From the NCBI GenBank assembly GCA_964538435.1, contig CAZIDX010000006.1, positions 11,923 to 75,922 on the forward strand: a DNA stretch of 64,000 nucleotides, written 5' to 3'. A program made the position numbers and the translations under genes. Position 1 is the first letter of the stretch; each line of letters begins with the position of its first letter. Below, piece after piece: positions 9,335-17,467 of this stretch. This DNA comes from an uncultured Gammaproteobacteria bacterium. GTDB taxonomy: Bacteria; Patescibacteriota; Patescibacteriia; UBA9934; GWF2-40-263. The notes beneath the pieces are model-generated. The model searched no databases. It was not told where the DNA came from and worked only from the letters and a program-made list of their open reading frames with translations.

Positions 9335-9351
9335 CCGGGGTCACATCCGGG
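9335..9351 (-). promoter_or_regulatory. Motif copy CCCGGATGTGACCCCGG downstream of the B1 promoter (TTGACA-17-TAGATT)
   Basis: Same architecture as for A2: -35, 17-bp spacer, -10, 6 nt, then the motif. Confidence 0.5.
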
Positions 9352-9395
9352 TCGATCAATCTATCAAGAAGTCGGCTCTGTGTCAATTGAAAACT

Positions 9396-9416
9396 CCGGA
9401 GGTTAACCGGAGTCGT
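9396..9416 (-). terminator. A2 terminator hairpin (ctccggttaacctccggag + T-run) placed right before the B1 promoter
   Basis: Perfect 7-bp stem followed by TTTTC on the minus strand. Confidence 0.55.
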
Positions 9417-9432
9417 TGGGTCGTCTCATGAG

Positions 9433-10188
9433 CTAGAAGAGCTCTTGGATGATGCGTTGCTGGAGCTCGATCTTCTGCTGGCTGATTGAGGAAACCTCGC
9501 TGAGGGCGTTTTGCTCGAGTTGAGTGATGAGGGCTCGAATCTGCTCGCAGAGAACGGCCTGAATAACTTTTTTTGATTTGCAGCCGCTAAGCATGACCGA
9601 CACAATACTGATTCCACCATCCCTTCTGCGCCGGAGCGTCAACTTGCAGGAAGTGCTTACACCGACACCCCAGATCAAGTCTGGAGCGTGTCGAATTCTA
9701 TGATCGTCCTCGATTTCATGACTACTCTCAACATCAACGAACAACGGTTCGATGCGGTGCGGGGACCACACGCTGCGCTGCAGATAGTCAAGAAAAGCAA
9801 AGCGGAGAGCGTTTTGAACAAAACTCCTGAGATCATCTGCAGATGGGTAGTTTGCCGTTATGTTGCGAAGGTGTTCATCCTCGTAGTGGAGATGTCGCCG
9901 AATGAGACTAAGCGGATGACTCAACTTCGGTGCAGGCGTATCTTCATCATAGAAAATACGTGTCTGGCCCTTCTTGGGAATCCTGAGAGTGTATTCCCCG
10001 ACTCCAAGTCCGGGAAGATGCCCGTTGTAAATGGCTTCAATGAGCGCATTCCACTCATCAAGATCCATGGGGTACGAGCATTCGAATCGCTGCTCAAGCT
10101 TCCCCTCCTTCATATAGCCGATCACCTTGAACCAAAATTCGAGCTGATCAACATAGAATGGGAGACCGAATTTCTCGTTAGCAGACAT
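9433..10188 (-). CDS. Hypothetical protein, paralog family member A2 (251 aa)
   Basis: See A1. The N-terminal MSANEKFGLPFYVDQLEFWF block is conserved. Confidence 0.6.
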   Translation of the reverse strand: MSANEKFGLPFYVDQLEFWFKVIGYMKEGKLEQRFECSYPMDLDEWNALIEAIYNGHLPGLGVGEYTLRIPKKGQTRIFYDEDTPAPKLSHPLSLIRRHLHYEDEHLRNITANYPSADDLRSFVQNALRFAFLDYLQRSVWSPHRIEPLFVDVESSHEIEDDHRIRHAPDLIWGVGVSTSCKLTLRRRRDGGISIVSVMLSGCKSKKVIQAVLCEQIRALITQLEQNALSEVSSISQQKIELQQRIIQELF

Positions 10189-10223
10189 GAATCACGAAAA
10201 TCCTTTATGGCGCTTGGTCGACA

Positions 10224-10240
10224 CCGGGGCCATGTCCGGG
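10224..10240 (-). promoter_or_regulatory. Motif copy CCCGGACATGGCCCCGG downstream of the A2 promoter (TTGACA-17-TAGATT)
   Basis: Read directly from the sequence. Confidence 0.5.
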
Positions 10241-10268
10241 TCGATCAATCTATCAATGACCAGTGTAA

Positions 10269-10316
10269 TTGTCAATTGAAAAGCCCACCTCCGAGGAGGC
10301 GGGCGCGTTGGCCTTA
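10269..10316. repeat. Terminator-promoter module, family member 3, overlapping the B2 stop codon
   Basis: Hairpin gcccgcctcc/ggaggtgggc followed by TTTTC and AATTGACA in minus orientation. Confidence 0.55.
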
Positions 10317-11105
10317 GCGATGCTTGGACTGGCCGCGCAAGACGCTGAGGATCTGGTCGATGAGCCCTTGGTTCTTTTCGATCTCTCCCAACTCGATCTC
10401 GAGCAGGATGGGGAGTTGCTCGGTGACCAGAGTCTCGATCTGGCGCACGAGATGGGAAGCGACCCACTCGCGGTGGATGGACTTGGTCTGGATGGTGACC
10501 TGGATGGCGCTGGAGCCGTCTTCGCGGCGACGCAGAGCGAACAGGTAGGGTGTGGAGCGCAGGCGAAGCATGCCGACGTGGTCACACTCCTTGCTCTTGT
10601 GCAGGATTGTGCCGAAGCGCTCGCCATCGAACTCTGCTTCCACGCTCAGACGCATCCCTTCGTCGATGTTGCCATCACCCACCATGGCGGACTCGATGTG
10701 ATGTGAGACCGCGAGTCTGGCCAGGTGCTCCACGAGATCCATGAGATCCTCATGATCCGGGAAGTGGATCATCATGGAGACGAGCTTGTTGAAGTGCATG
10801 CGCATGAATGCACGGAACTGCATACGAACCTGCTCGCGACGCTCCTCCCCCAGCTCGAGAGGGAGATCCTCGATACTGAGACCACCAGACTCGGAGTAGG
10901 TGAAGTTGTAGAAGCCGCTTGGCAAGGGCTGCTCGGGCGTGTCGAACCTCTCGAACACCACAGTCCAGTCCAGCCCCTCATCGACAGGGGGGTTGGACTC
11001 TGTAGTTACCTTGAGCTCGCCTTCTTCTCCGCGCTGGAGGTTGAGACTGAGCTCGAGGGTGATCTTGCTGATACGGAGCGGGGCTCCGAACTTGACATCG
11101 CTCAT
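10314..11105 (-). CDS. Hypothetical protein, paralog family member B2 (263 aa)
   Basis: See B1. Start refined to ATG at 11105 (MSDVKFGAPL...), which is preceded by GGAGGA. The longer track ORF would overlap this ribosome-binding site. Confidence 0.6.
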   Translation of the reverse strand: MSDVKFGAPLRISKITLELSLNLQRGEEGELKVTTESNPPVDEGLDWTVVFERFDTPEQPLPSGFYNFTYSESGGLSIEDLPLELGEERREQVRMQFRAFMRMHFNKLVSMMIHFPDHEDLMDLVEHLARLAVSHHIESAMVGDGNIDEGMRLSVEAEFDGERFGTILHKSKECDHVGMLRLRSTPYLFALRRREDGSSAIQVTIQTKSIHREWVASHLVRQIETLVTEQLPILLEIELGEIEKNQGLIDQILSVLRGQSKHR

Positions 11106-11140
11106 CTTGAGCTTCCTCCGTGGCACGCATCTTGATTATT

Positions 11141-11156
11141 CCGGGGCCACATCCGG
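11141..11156 (-). promoter_or_regulatory. Motif copy CCGGATGTGGCCCCGG downstream of the B2 promoter (TTGACA-17-TATTCT)
   Basis: Read directly from the sequence. Confidence 0.5.
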
Positions 11157-11283
11157 CTGCAGGAGAATAGCTTGAATTGCACGCTGTGTCAAGGTAACGA
11201 TCTTGACAAAGCCGTGTATTTTTGGCAGATTTGGACCTTAAGCCCCTCTTGGGCTTGAGTTGAACTATAGGGGAGACTGACTG

Positions 11284-12753
11284 ATGGCAGACAAAAAGGA
11301 TCCAAAGGCCAAAACACCACCGGCCTCGATCCAGATGGCCGGTCACCCACCTCGAACACGCGGGTCTGGAGACGGTTCTGCGCCTCCTGAAGACCCTACC
11401 AATGTTCCGGAGTTTGACGACTTCCGCCCTAAGAAGCTGGAAGCTGACCTGAAAGATCAACAGCGCATGGTTGATCGGTGGCTACGCTCCTGCGAGCTCC
11501 CAAATCCTGTCAGTGTGCTTCCACCTGGGAGGAGTGCGGAAGACGTATGTAATGCGCTCGCCTACCTGTGCCCCAACTCCAGTGGACGTCACCAAGGCCT
11601 CGTCACTCGAGTCTTGCTCGGGGAGGCTGTGGATCCGGATGAGCTGGTGCATGCCATGGTCGAACTTGGCAGACAGGCTCGCGTGCGTGCGCTCAGGCTT
11701 CGCTCAGACGGATTCACTCCGGATGAGGATGATGTGGCTGCCATGACTCGCTTTTGGGAGAAGGTTCCGGAGATTTCTCCTCCTGAAGATGGATGGGTTT
11801 TCCGAAACTGGAACCATGCCTTTGATGCAGCCGCTCTTGCATTCCCGTACCTCATTGAGGAATATCGAGACATGCTCGGACAGCTCGCGTACGGACTGTA
11901 CGGTGGGCTGCAGAACCATGACTTCGCGGTCTTTCGAGATTTGGTTGATCAGATTCGCCTGACCAATCGCCTCAAGGAGGAGGACAAAGAGCGCGAAGAA
12001 ATGATCACGCTTACGGACGCTGACGATGCACCTGATGAAGAGGCAGTCGCGGCCACTGTGTCACTGGAGCTCGATGATCATGAGGAGACCACGCTCGAGC
12101 AGATCGATGTGGTGGACCCTGTATTCATCGACGATGACGAAGACCCGTTTGTCCACCCTGGAGACGAAGTCTGGTTCATTGATGATGAAGACGATACTGG
12201 AGATGTTGTCGAGCAGGCAGGTGATCGAGACGTCTCGCATGTCGAGTTCGTGCCTATCGAGGAGCAGGAGGCTCATGAGCCTGACGGACCGCGTTGGCTT
12301 ATTGGGGTGATTCTGCTCGTGGTCATACTCTGTGTGATCGCGCTTGCCTGGTGGAAGATGGGTGGGTTCCTGGACTTCTCCAGGCTCGTGCTCGAACACG
12401 AGAGCTACGACACACATACGCCTGATATGCTGGCTGAGCAGGAAGATGCTCCTGTAACAGAGATCGTGACACCTGAGCCTCAGAAGGTCGCCACGATCCC
12501 TCTTGCTTGCACCAACTATCAGATGCTGCACACACCCAACATGGGTCCGGCACCTGAGGGTTGCTACGTGGTTGGGTGCTCTCAGGGGTATCCTGCGCTG
12601 CGTAGCTATACTCCTGAGACGGGGTGGCTCGCGTGCACCAAGGATCAGGTGATTCCCAAGCGCGGGGATTGCTACTTGGTCGAAAACAAGGACAACTCTG
12701 TGCGATCTGTTGCCTTCCACGATGGCAGCTGGATCGATGAGGATTGCCTCTGA
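11284..12753 (+). CDS. Hypothetical single-pass membrane protein: acidic cytoplasmic N-domain and Cys-rich extracytoplasmic C-domain (489 aa)
   Basis: RBS GGGGAG precedes the start. One strongly hydrophobic helix (LIGVILLVVILCVIALAWW). A D/E-rich stretch. Six Cys in the C-terminal 90 aa. No recognisable catalytic motif. GC-rich. Confidence 0.55.
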   Translation: MADKKDPKAKTPPASIQMAGHPPRTRGSGDGSAPPEDPTNVPEFDDFRPKKLEADLKDQQRMVDRWLRSCELPNPVSVLPPGRSAEDVCNALAYLCPNSSGRHQGLVTRVLLGEAVDPDELVHAMVELGRQARVRALRLRSDGFTPDEDDVAAMTRFWEKVPEISPPEDGWVFRNWNHAFDAAALAFPYLIEEYRDMLGQLAYGLYGGLQNHDFAVFRDLVDQIRLTNRLKEEDKEREEMITLTDADDAPDEEAVAATVSLELDDHEETTLEQIDVVDPVFIDDDEDPFVHPGDEVWFIDDEDDTGDVVEQAGDRDVSHVEFVPIEEQEAHEPDGPRWLIGVILLVVILCVIALAWWKMGGFLDFSRLVLEHESYDTHTPDMLAEQEDAPVTEIVTPEPQKVATIPLACTNYQMLHTPNMGPAPEGCYVVGCSQGYPALRSYTPETGWLACTKDQVIPKRGDCYLVENKDNSVRSVAFHDGSWIDEDCL

Positions 12754-12756
12754 CGG

Positions 12757-12786
12757 CTCCGAGCCAGACTCGGGGCTTTTCTATTT
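12757..12786 (+). terminator. Rho-independent terminator of 11284..12753 (family-like, GGGGCTTTTCTATTTG)
   Basis: Stem ccgag/ctcgg followed by a T-run. Confidence 0.5.
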
Positions 12787-12834
12787 GATTTTGAAAATAA
12801 TCATTAATGCGTGTTCAGGGGGGTGTTCAGGGGG

Positions 12835-13015
12835 GGCCGGGTCGTTACTTGTAGCATGAAAAAATACCACTAATCACTTGAATTTATTTATGTTGACACC
12901 TCAAATGGAAATAAAAATCTTTCGTTCCGTATCTTGCCACAATCTTTTTTGCCTAAAAACAATGAGTTTTTAATTTTCTAATTTGTTTCTCCATGCTACA
13001 AGTAACGACCCGGCC
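12835..13015. repeat. MITE-like element: perfect 24-bp terminal inverted repeats (GGCCGGGTCGTTACTTGTAGCATG) flanking about 133 bp of AT-rich DNA
   Basis: The inverted repeats (IR) are at 12835-12858 and 12992-13015, extended by a G-run on the left and a C-run on the right. A tandem GTGTTCAGGGGGG x2 lies to the left. Sits 68 bp upstream of tRNA-Ala. Contains no ORF. Confidence 0.6.
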
Positions 13016-13042
13016 CCCTTCCGGCCCCCTTCTGTTGGAATC

Positions 13043-13071
13043 TTGAAAAAATATCGAAATCTGTGTATCCT
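13043..13071 (+). promoter_or_regulatory. Candidate tRNA-Ala promoter (TTGAAA-17-TATCCT)
   Basis: Spacing and sequence fit a sigma70 promoter 11 nt upstream of the tRNA. Confidence 0.4.
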
Positions 13072-13082
13072 TTTTGCGTTGT

Positions 13083-13159
<77 letters not shown>

Positions 13160-13170
13160 TGCAAATAAGA

Positions 13171-13195
13171 AACAACCGTTTTGGCGGTTGTTTTT
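13171..13195 (+). terminator. Terminator after tRNA-Ala
   Basis: aacaaccg-tttt-ggcggttg followed by TTTTT. Confidence 0.55.
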
Positions 13196-13277
13196 GGTTA
13201 TCCCCTTGACGGGAATCTGTTTTGTGAGCAAAGTCCGTAATTAAGGGAACGGCACCTTTTGGAGAAGGGCGGACCGG

Positions 13278-14444
13278 ATGGCGCAAAAGCCGGTTGTTGT
13301 TTACATCGAAGACACGCATGGCACCATGGGGCTTGGCAACTTCGAGCAAGAGGCACTTCGCGTGTTCCTGGAAAAGGATCGTGAATGCAATGTGCACTGC
13401 TACAGCGGTTTCTGGGGGTTCGAGGATGACCTCGACCAATTCAGGAAGTATGCAAAGCATGGACTCCTGGTCCTCGTGATTGTGGCGCAGGAAAAATACT
13501 CGGATGAGCAACACACAAGAGCACTGGAGACTGTTCGCCAACATCTTGGCAAGCAGATTCCAGTGGTTGTTATTCCTGACGGGTACAGGGATCGCTTCAA
13601 GGGCACGGATGATGCGTTCGTGTACGCACATGATCACACAGACCCTGAGTTCGCCGAGCTCATCGACGCAACCCTCAAGGCCTGGACACCTCCTGTGGAC
13701 TGGTTGGGTGCTGACACACCTGCTGATAGAGCCAGGCTCGGACGTCAGCTGCGTCGATCGTATCGCGCGAACCACCCGGATGATGAGCGTGCGGTCGCTG
13801 TGGGTGATCACAACCACATGACGGTTGCTCAGGCGCTGCGTATCCGTATGCTCCCTTCGGCGTGCCTGAAGTCCGAGTTCGAAGACTCGCTGGAGCGCAA
13901 GACTCGCAGGTTCGATTCTGCGGATTCTGGAGTGTACGAGTGCGAAGTCGAGATCGTTCGCTCTATGACTGACGAGGAGCGCACACGCTTTGATGAATCA
14001 CTCTCAATTGCGCGAGGACACATTTCTCAACGTGGGGGCGGCATCAAAGTTGCAAGCGTGAGCTGTGGCAGTGATGTCAATGGGTATGCGATTGATCCTG
14101 AAACCCTGGAGACACGTGTTACCTATGGTTTTGGTGAACATCACAAGGTCAAGAAGCTCCTGTCGTACCGTGTGCACAGGATCCTGGCGTGGCGCAAGAA
14201 AAAGCACTACTTTGACATGGAGGATGACGAAACCGATGACAGAGTCACTGAGGCGCGGATTCGCGCCCGCTTCCTCAATGGACTCATCTTCACCAAAATC
14301 CGCGGCTTTGAGACACCGATCGTTCAGCTTTGGACCAACTGCGCCAGCACGGAGCAGATCAACCGGGCCATCACGCATATTTTCCGTGAGCGTAAGTTCA
14401 TTCCAGTGGACTGCTACGGAAAACTCTACGAACCCTCTGCCTAA
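13278..14444 (+). CDS. Hypothetical protein (388 aa), GC-rich
   Basis: RBS GGAGAAGG precedes the start. No recognised domain. The minus-strand ORF 12996..13817 that overlaps it also overlaps the tRNA and is rejected. Confidence 0.55.
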   Translation: MAQKPVVVYIEDTHGTMGLGNFEQEALRVFLEKDRECNVHCYSGFWGFEDDLDQFRKYAKHGLLVLVIVAQEKYSDEQHTRALETVRQHLGKQIPVVVIPDGYRDRFKGTDDAFVYAHDHTDPEFAELIDATLKAWTPPVDWLGADTPADRARLGRQLRRSYRANHPDDERAVAVGDHNHMTVAQALRIRMLPSACLKSEFEDSLERKTRRFDSADSGVYECEVEIVRSMTDEERTRFDESLSIARGHISQRGGGIKVASVSCGSDVNGYAIDPETLETRVTYGFGEHHKVKKLLSYRVHRILAWRKKKHYFDMEDDETDDRVTEARIRARFLNGLIFTKIRGFETPIVQLWTNCASTEQINRAITHIFRERKFIPVDCYGKLYEPSA

Positions 14445-14597
14445 CGGTGGTGGGTTTTCTAATCCCGACGTTTCCTTCCTTCCGGCAGGCAGTCGGGATG
14501 AATAGCATGCTTTTTGTAAAACACTCGTATTCAACTCGTGTTTTCTAAACCTTGTAATTTTCCTTTTTGCTAATATTGGCGTTTTTTTCAAACAAAA

Positions 14598-14650
14598 CAC
14601 GACACAAATTCTCACCGGGGTGAGTTTTTGTGTCGTGCTGTTTTGTTTTA
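14598..14650. terminator. Strong bidirectional terminator between convergent genes
   Basis: 11-bp perfect outer stem (cacgacacaaa/tttgtgtcgtg) with a nested 6-bp stem, T-rich on both sides. Confidence 0.6.
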
Positions 14651-17077
14651 TTCAATTGGTTCTGTGGTCTGTGGATCAGAGAGTAGAGACTCGTCAGTTT
14701 CATCTATGGCCTCTGGGATCTCTTCCTCGAGTTCTCCGCGATACAACCGACTGAGACGACTCTGTACAAGCTCGTTTCCTGGATTAAGCTCGAGCACGGC
14801 TTCTACTTGTCCGATTGCTAGCGCGGTCTCGCCTTGAATCTCGTACACAGTTGTAAGGAACCAGCGTGCGTTTGAGTAGCTTGGCATGAGCGTGACTGAG
14901 CGTTCGAGTACTGACTGAGCACGCTCAACGTCGCCTTCTGCTGCGCGGCGTAGGTAGAGCACGCCGAGCTGGAAGTGTACGCCGACATCGAGTGGATTGT
15001 ATGTGGCTACGCTTTCTAGTTTTCCGATTGCGCTATCGACGAGCCCTTGTTGCTCGTAGGTGATTCCTAGTTGGTAGTGAGCTGGGGCGTAGTTTGATTT
15101 AAGAGCGATAGCTTGGCTAAATGCTGCTTCTGCGTTTTGCAGCGCTAGGAACCACTGCTGCTCGGCTTCCTGGGCGGTTTGCTCGTAATCTGAAACTTTG
15201 AGCGGCTCAACAAGCCCAGCTTGAACGAGATAGGCTTTTCCAAGCTCGGTCCAGTTTGAAGGGTTGGCAGGCTCGAGGCTCACGCTCTGCAGGTAGGCTT
15301 GGATGGCAAAGTCACTGGCGGATGGATCAAGTGCAGTGATCTCTCTGTACACAAGGGCGCGCGTAAGCCAGTTTCGGACATTTTTTGGTGAGAGCTCTGT
15401 TGCGTATGCGGCTGCGTTAATAGATGCCGCAACCAGAGACTGAAGGTATTCTTGAGACTCTGTGGTGAGCGTGTCGATTGATGAAACGTTTTGAAACTGC
15501 TCACCCACACTGAGAAGCAGAGCTGATGAGAGGCTTCTATAGTACGTGTCGTGATATTGATTGAGTGTGGCAGCGCGATCTAGGTGCGTTATCACTTCCT
15601 GAAGGTCTGCACCCTGCTCATCGAGCTCGATTGCCTCGGCGTAAGCCACTTCTGCTGCGTAGCGCTGAGTCGTAACAAAGATTCCAACGAAGAACACAAG
15701 CGCGGCGACAAGAAAGAAAAAGGCGAGTGTCAGGCTGATAAATGGTGATTTTGAAAAGGACCGTTTTGCTGGAGTGCGCATGAGCTGGGATGCCACCAGT
15801 GCTGAGAATAGGCAGAATAATCCGACCAGCGTCATGTTCCAGGAATAGAGGAAGGCGGAGAGCATGAGCACAACCCATGGTGAGGTGTGCACGAAACTTT
15901 CAAGTCTCTCTGATGGTTTTTTGGGTTTTATGACCTGTTTTCCTGCTCGGAGTAGGAGCATGAGAGAGAATGCAGCCAAGAGCATGAGCCCAAGATGCCC
16001 AATGGTTGGCAGTAGAGTGAGCACATGGGAGGAAGCGCGGTCAAAGCGAGCGGACCAGAGGTCAGACTCGTTGATTGATGCTGTATGGAACTGCGTGTAG
16101 TCAAATTGAAAGGTTCCAGGTCCTGTGCCGTACACACTTGAGGTGGACTCAAGAGCTTTTTGTCCGATCTCAAGGCTCGCCTGATTACTGAGACTAATTT
16201 CGTAGGGGAGATTGGCTTCAAACGGTCTTGGGATCCAGAGCCAGAATGGAAGCGAGATGACGAGCAGGATAGCAGGGAGCCAGAATCGGTTTGTGTTCTT
16301 TATTTCTTTGCTTTGGTAAAAGCCAAAGGCCAGGATAAGCACGAGCCCGCAGATGAGGAGCAGCCAAAGCACGCTGTAGTCGATGGCAAGAAGCACGATC
16401 AGTGTGAGCAAGGAAAGCGTAACAGCAAGCACTTGCTCTGCAGAGCCAAGCACTCCTTTGTGAAGCAGGGAATCGTTTTTTTTGTGTGCGATCCAGACTG
16501 CTAGAGAGAAAACACTCATCACGACCAGGAAGATTGCGAATGTGTTTACGGTCCCCACTGTGTTGAATGCCATTATCTGATTCAGCGGCTCTGGGAAGAG
16601 GTTGCTTCCGAACATGGAAAGGGCTCCAAGGAGTGCGACTAGCGTGGATGATACGAGCAGCACGGCGTGCATGATCTTGTGAGCACTGCGCGCATTGAAT
16701 GTATTGGCAACTACGTAGAAAAGCACAGCTCCGGCCGCGATTGTTAGCACGCTTGTGTATTCTTGGTTATTGCTTCCGATCCAGGAGACGTATGGTGCTG
16801 ATGACTTCAGTGCTGGGATCACAAAGGCTGCGAGAAATAACACAGGCAGAAGATTTGACCACCCTCTCTGCAATCTGATTGTCTTTTCTGCCATCATTCC
16901 CCCGAGCCAGCACAGCGCTGCTGCGCAGACTGCAAGCACAAAAAAGGTTTGCTTATTGATCTCGAGTGCATCAAGTGTCCAAGGGAGGAAGATCAGTGGA
17001 AGCAAAAAAGCAATTGCGAAAACGATGATTCTTGAGGCTGAGCGCAGGTGTGCTGCAAGGTGTGTGTGTTTTGACAT
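14648..17077 (-). CDS. Polytopic membrane protein with O-antigen ligase/polymerase-like (Wzy_C-type) core and C-terminal TPR repeats
   Basis: More than 10 hydrophobic helices and a large periplasmic loop. C-terminal ~300 aa carry TPR-like repeats. Start set to ATG at 17077 (MSKHTHLAA...), directly downstream of a TATAAT box. Confidence 0.65.
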   Translation of the reverse strand: MSKHTHLAAHLRSASRIIVFAIAFLLPLIFLPWTLDALEINKQTFFVLAVCAAALCWLGGMMAEKTIRLQRGWSNLLPVLFLAAFVIPALKSSAPYVSWIGSNNQEYTSVLTIAAGAVLFYVVANTFNARSAHKIMHAVLLVSSTLVALLGALSMFGSNLFPEPLNQIMAFNTVGTVNTFAIFLVVMSVFSLAVWIAHKKNDSLLHKGVLGSAEQVLAVTLSLLTLIVLLAIDYSVLWLLLICGLVLILAFGFYQSKEIKNTNRFWLPAILLVISLPFWLWIPRPFEANLPYEISLSNQASLEIGQKALESTSSVYGTGPGTFQFDYTQFHTASINESDLWSARFDRASSHVLTLLPTIGHLGLMLLAAFSLMLLLRAGKQVIKPKKPSERLESFVHTSPWVVLMLSAFLYSWNMTLVGLFCLFSALVASQLMRTPAKRSFSKSPFISLTLAFFFLVAALVFFVGIFVTTQRYAAEVAYAEAIELDEQGADLQEVITHLDRAATLNQYHDTYYRSLSSALLLSVGEQFQNVSSIDTLTTESQEYLQSLVAASINAAAYATELSPKNVRNWLTRALVYREITALDPSASDFAIQAYLQSVSLEPANPSNWTELGKAYLVQAGLVEPLKVSDYEQTAQEAEQQWFLALQNAEAAFSQAIALKSNYAPAHYQLGITYEQQGLVDSAIGKLESVATYNPLDVGVHFQLGVLYLRRAAEGDVERAQSVLERSVTLMPSYSNARWFLTTVYEIQGETALAIGQVEAVLELNPGNELVQSRLSRLYRGELEEEIPEAIDETDESLLSDPQTTEPIE

Positions 17078-17467
17078 AGCGATCTTATTATAACGCAAAA
17101 ACCGCGAATGTGGGGGATCCGCGGCTTTTGCTATAAAGTTGTGACGGCCCACTCGGAGCCTGTCCGAACCTAAACAGTGGGACTGCTTGGGCTTAGACAT
17201 CTTGTCTGTATGCAGTTTGGGGTCACATCCACTCAATTGTCGGAATTTGCTCCAGACCTATTGAGTAGCTGCGTGCTACAACGAAACAAGCATGGCGTCT
17301 CGTTCGGGCCAAATCTACCATCCAGTGCGGGAATGGAAGGAAAGGCCCGTCAATGTCACTTGGCAAACTCTCAAAGAACGTTTCAGCTCGATGGTAACCT
17401 TAACCAGGCCGGAGGAGATAACCAATATCTCCGGTTGTTCTATCGCGCTGATTGATTCGATACACAC

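Noticed and set aside
12803-12830. Possible CRISPR-like repeat (GTGTTCAGGGGGG tandem)
   Set aside because: Only two adjacent 13-bp copies with no spacers. It is part of the G-rich cap of the inverted-repeat element. No cas genes are present in the window.
17300-17360. Possible SRP RNA or RNase P RNA because of a GGAAGGAAAGGCCCG block
   Set aside because: I could not fold the surrounding sequence into either conserved secondary structure. The motif match is partial. It is left as a low-confidence note only.
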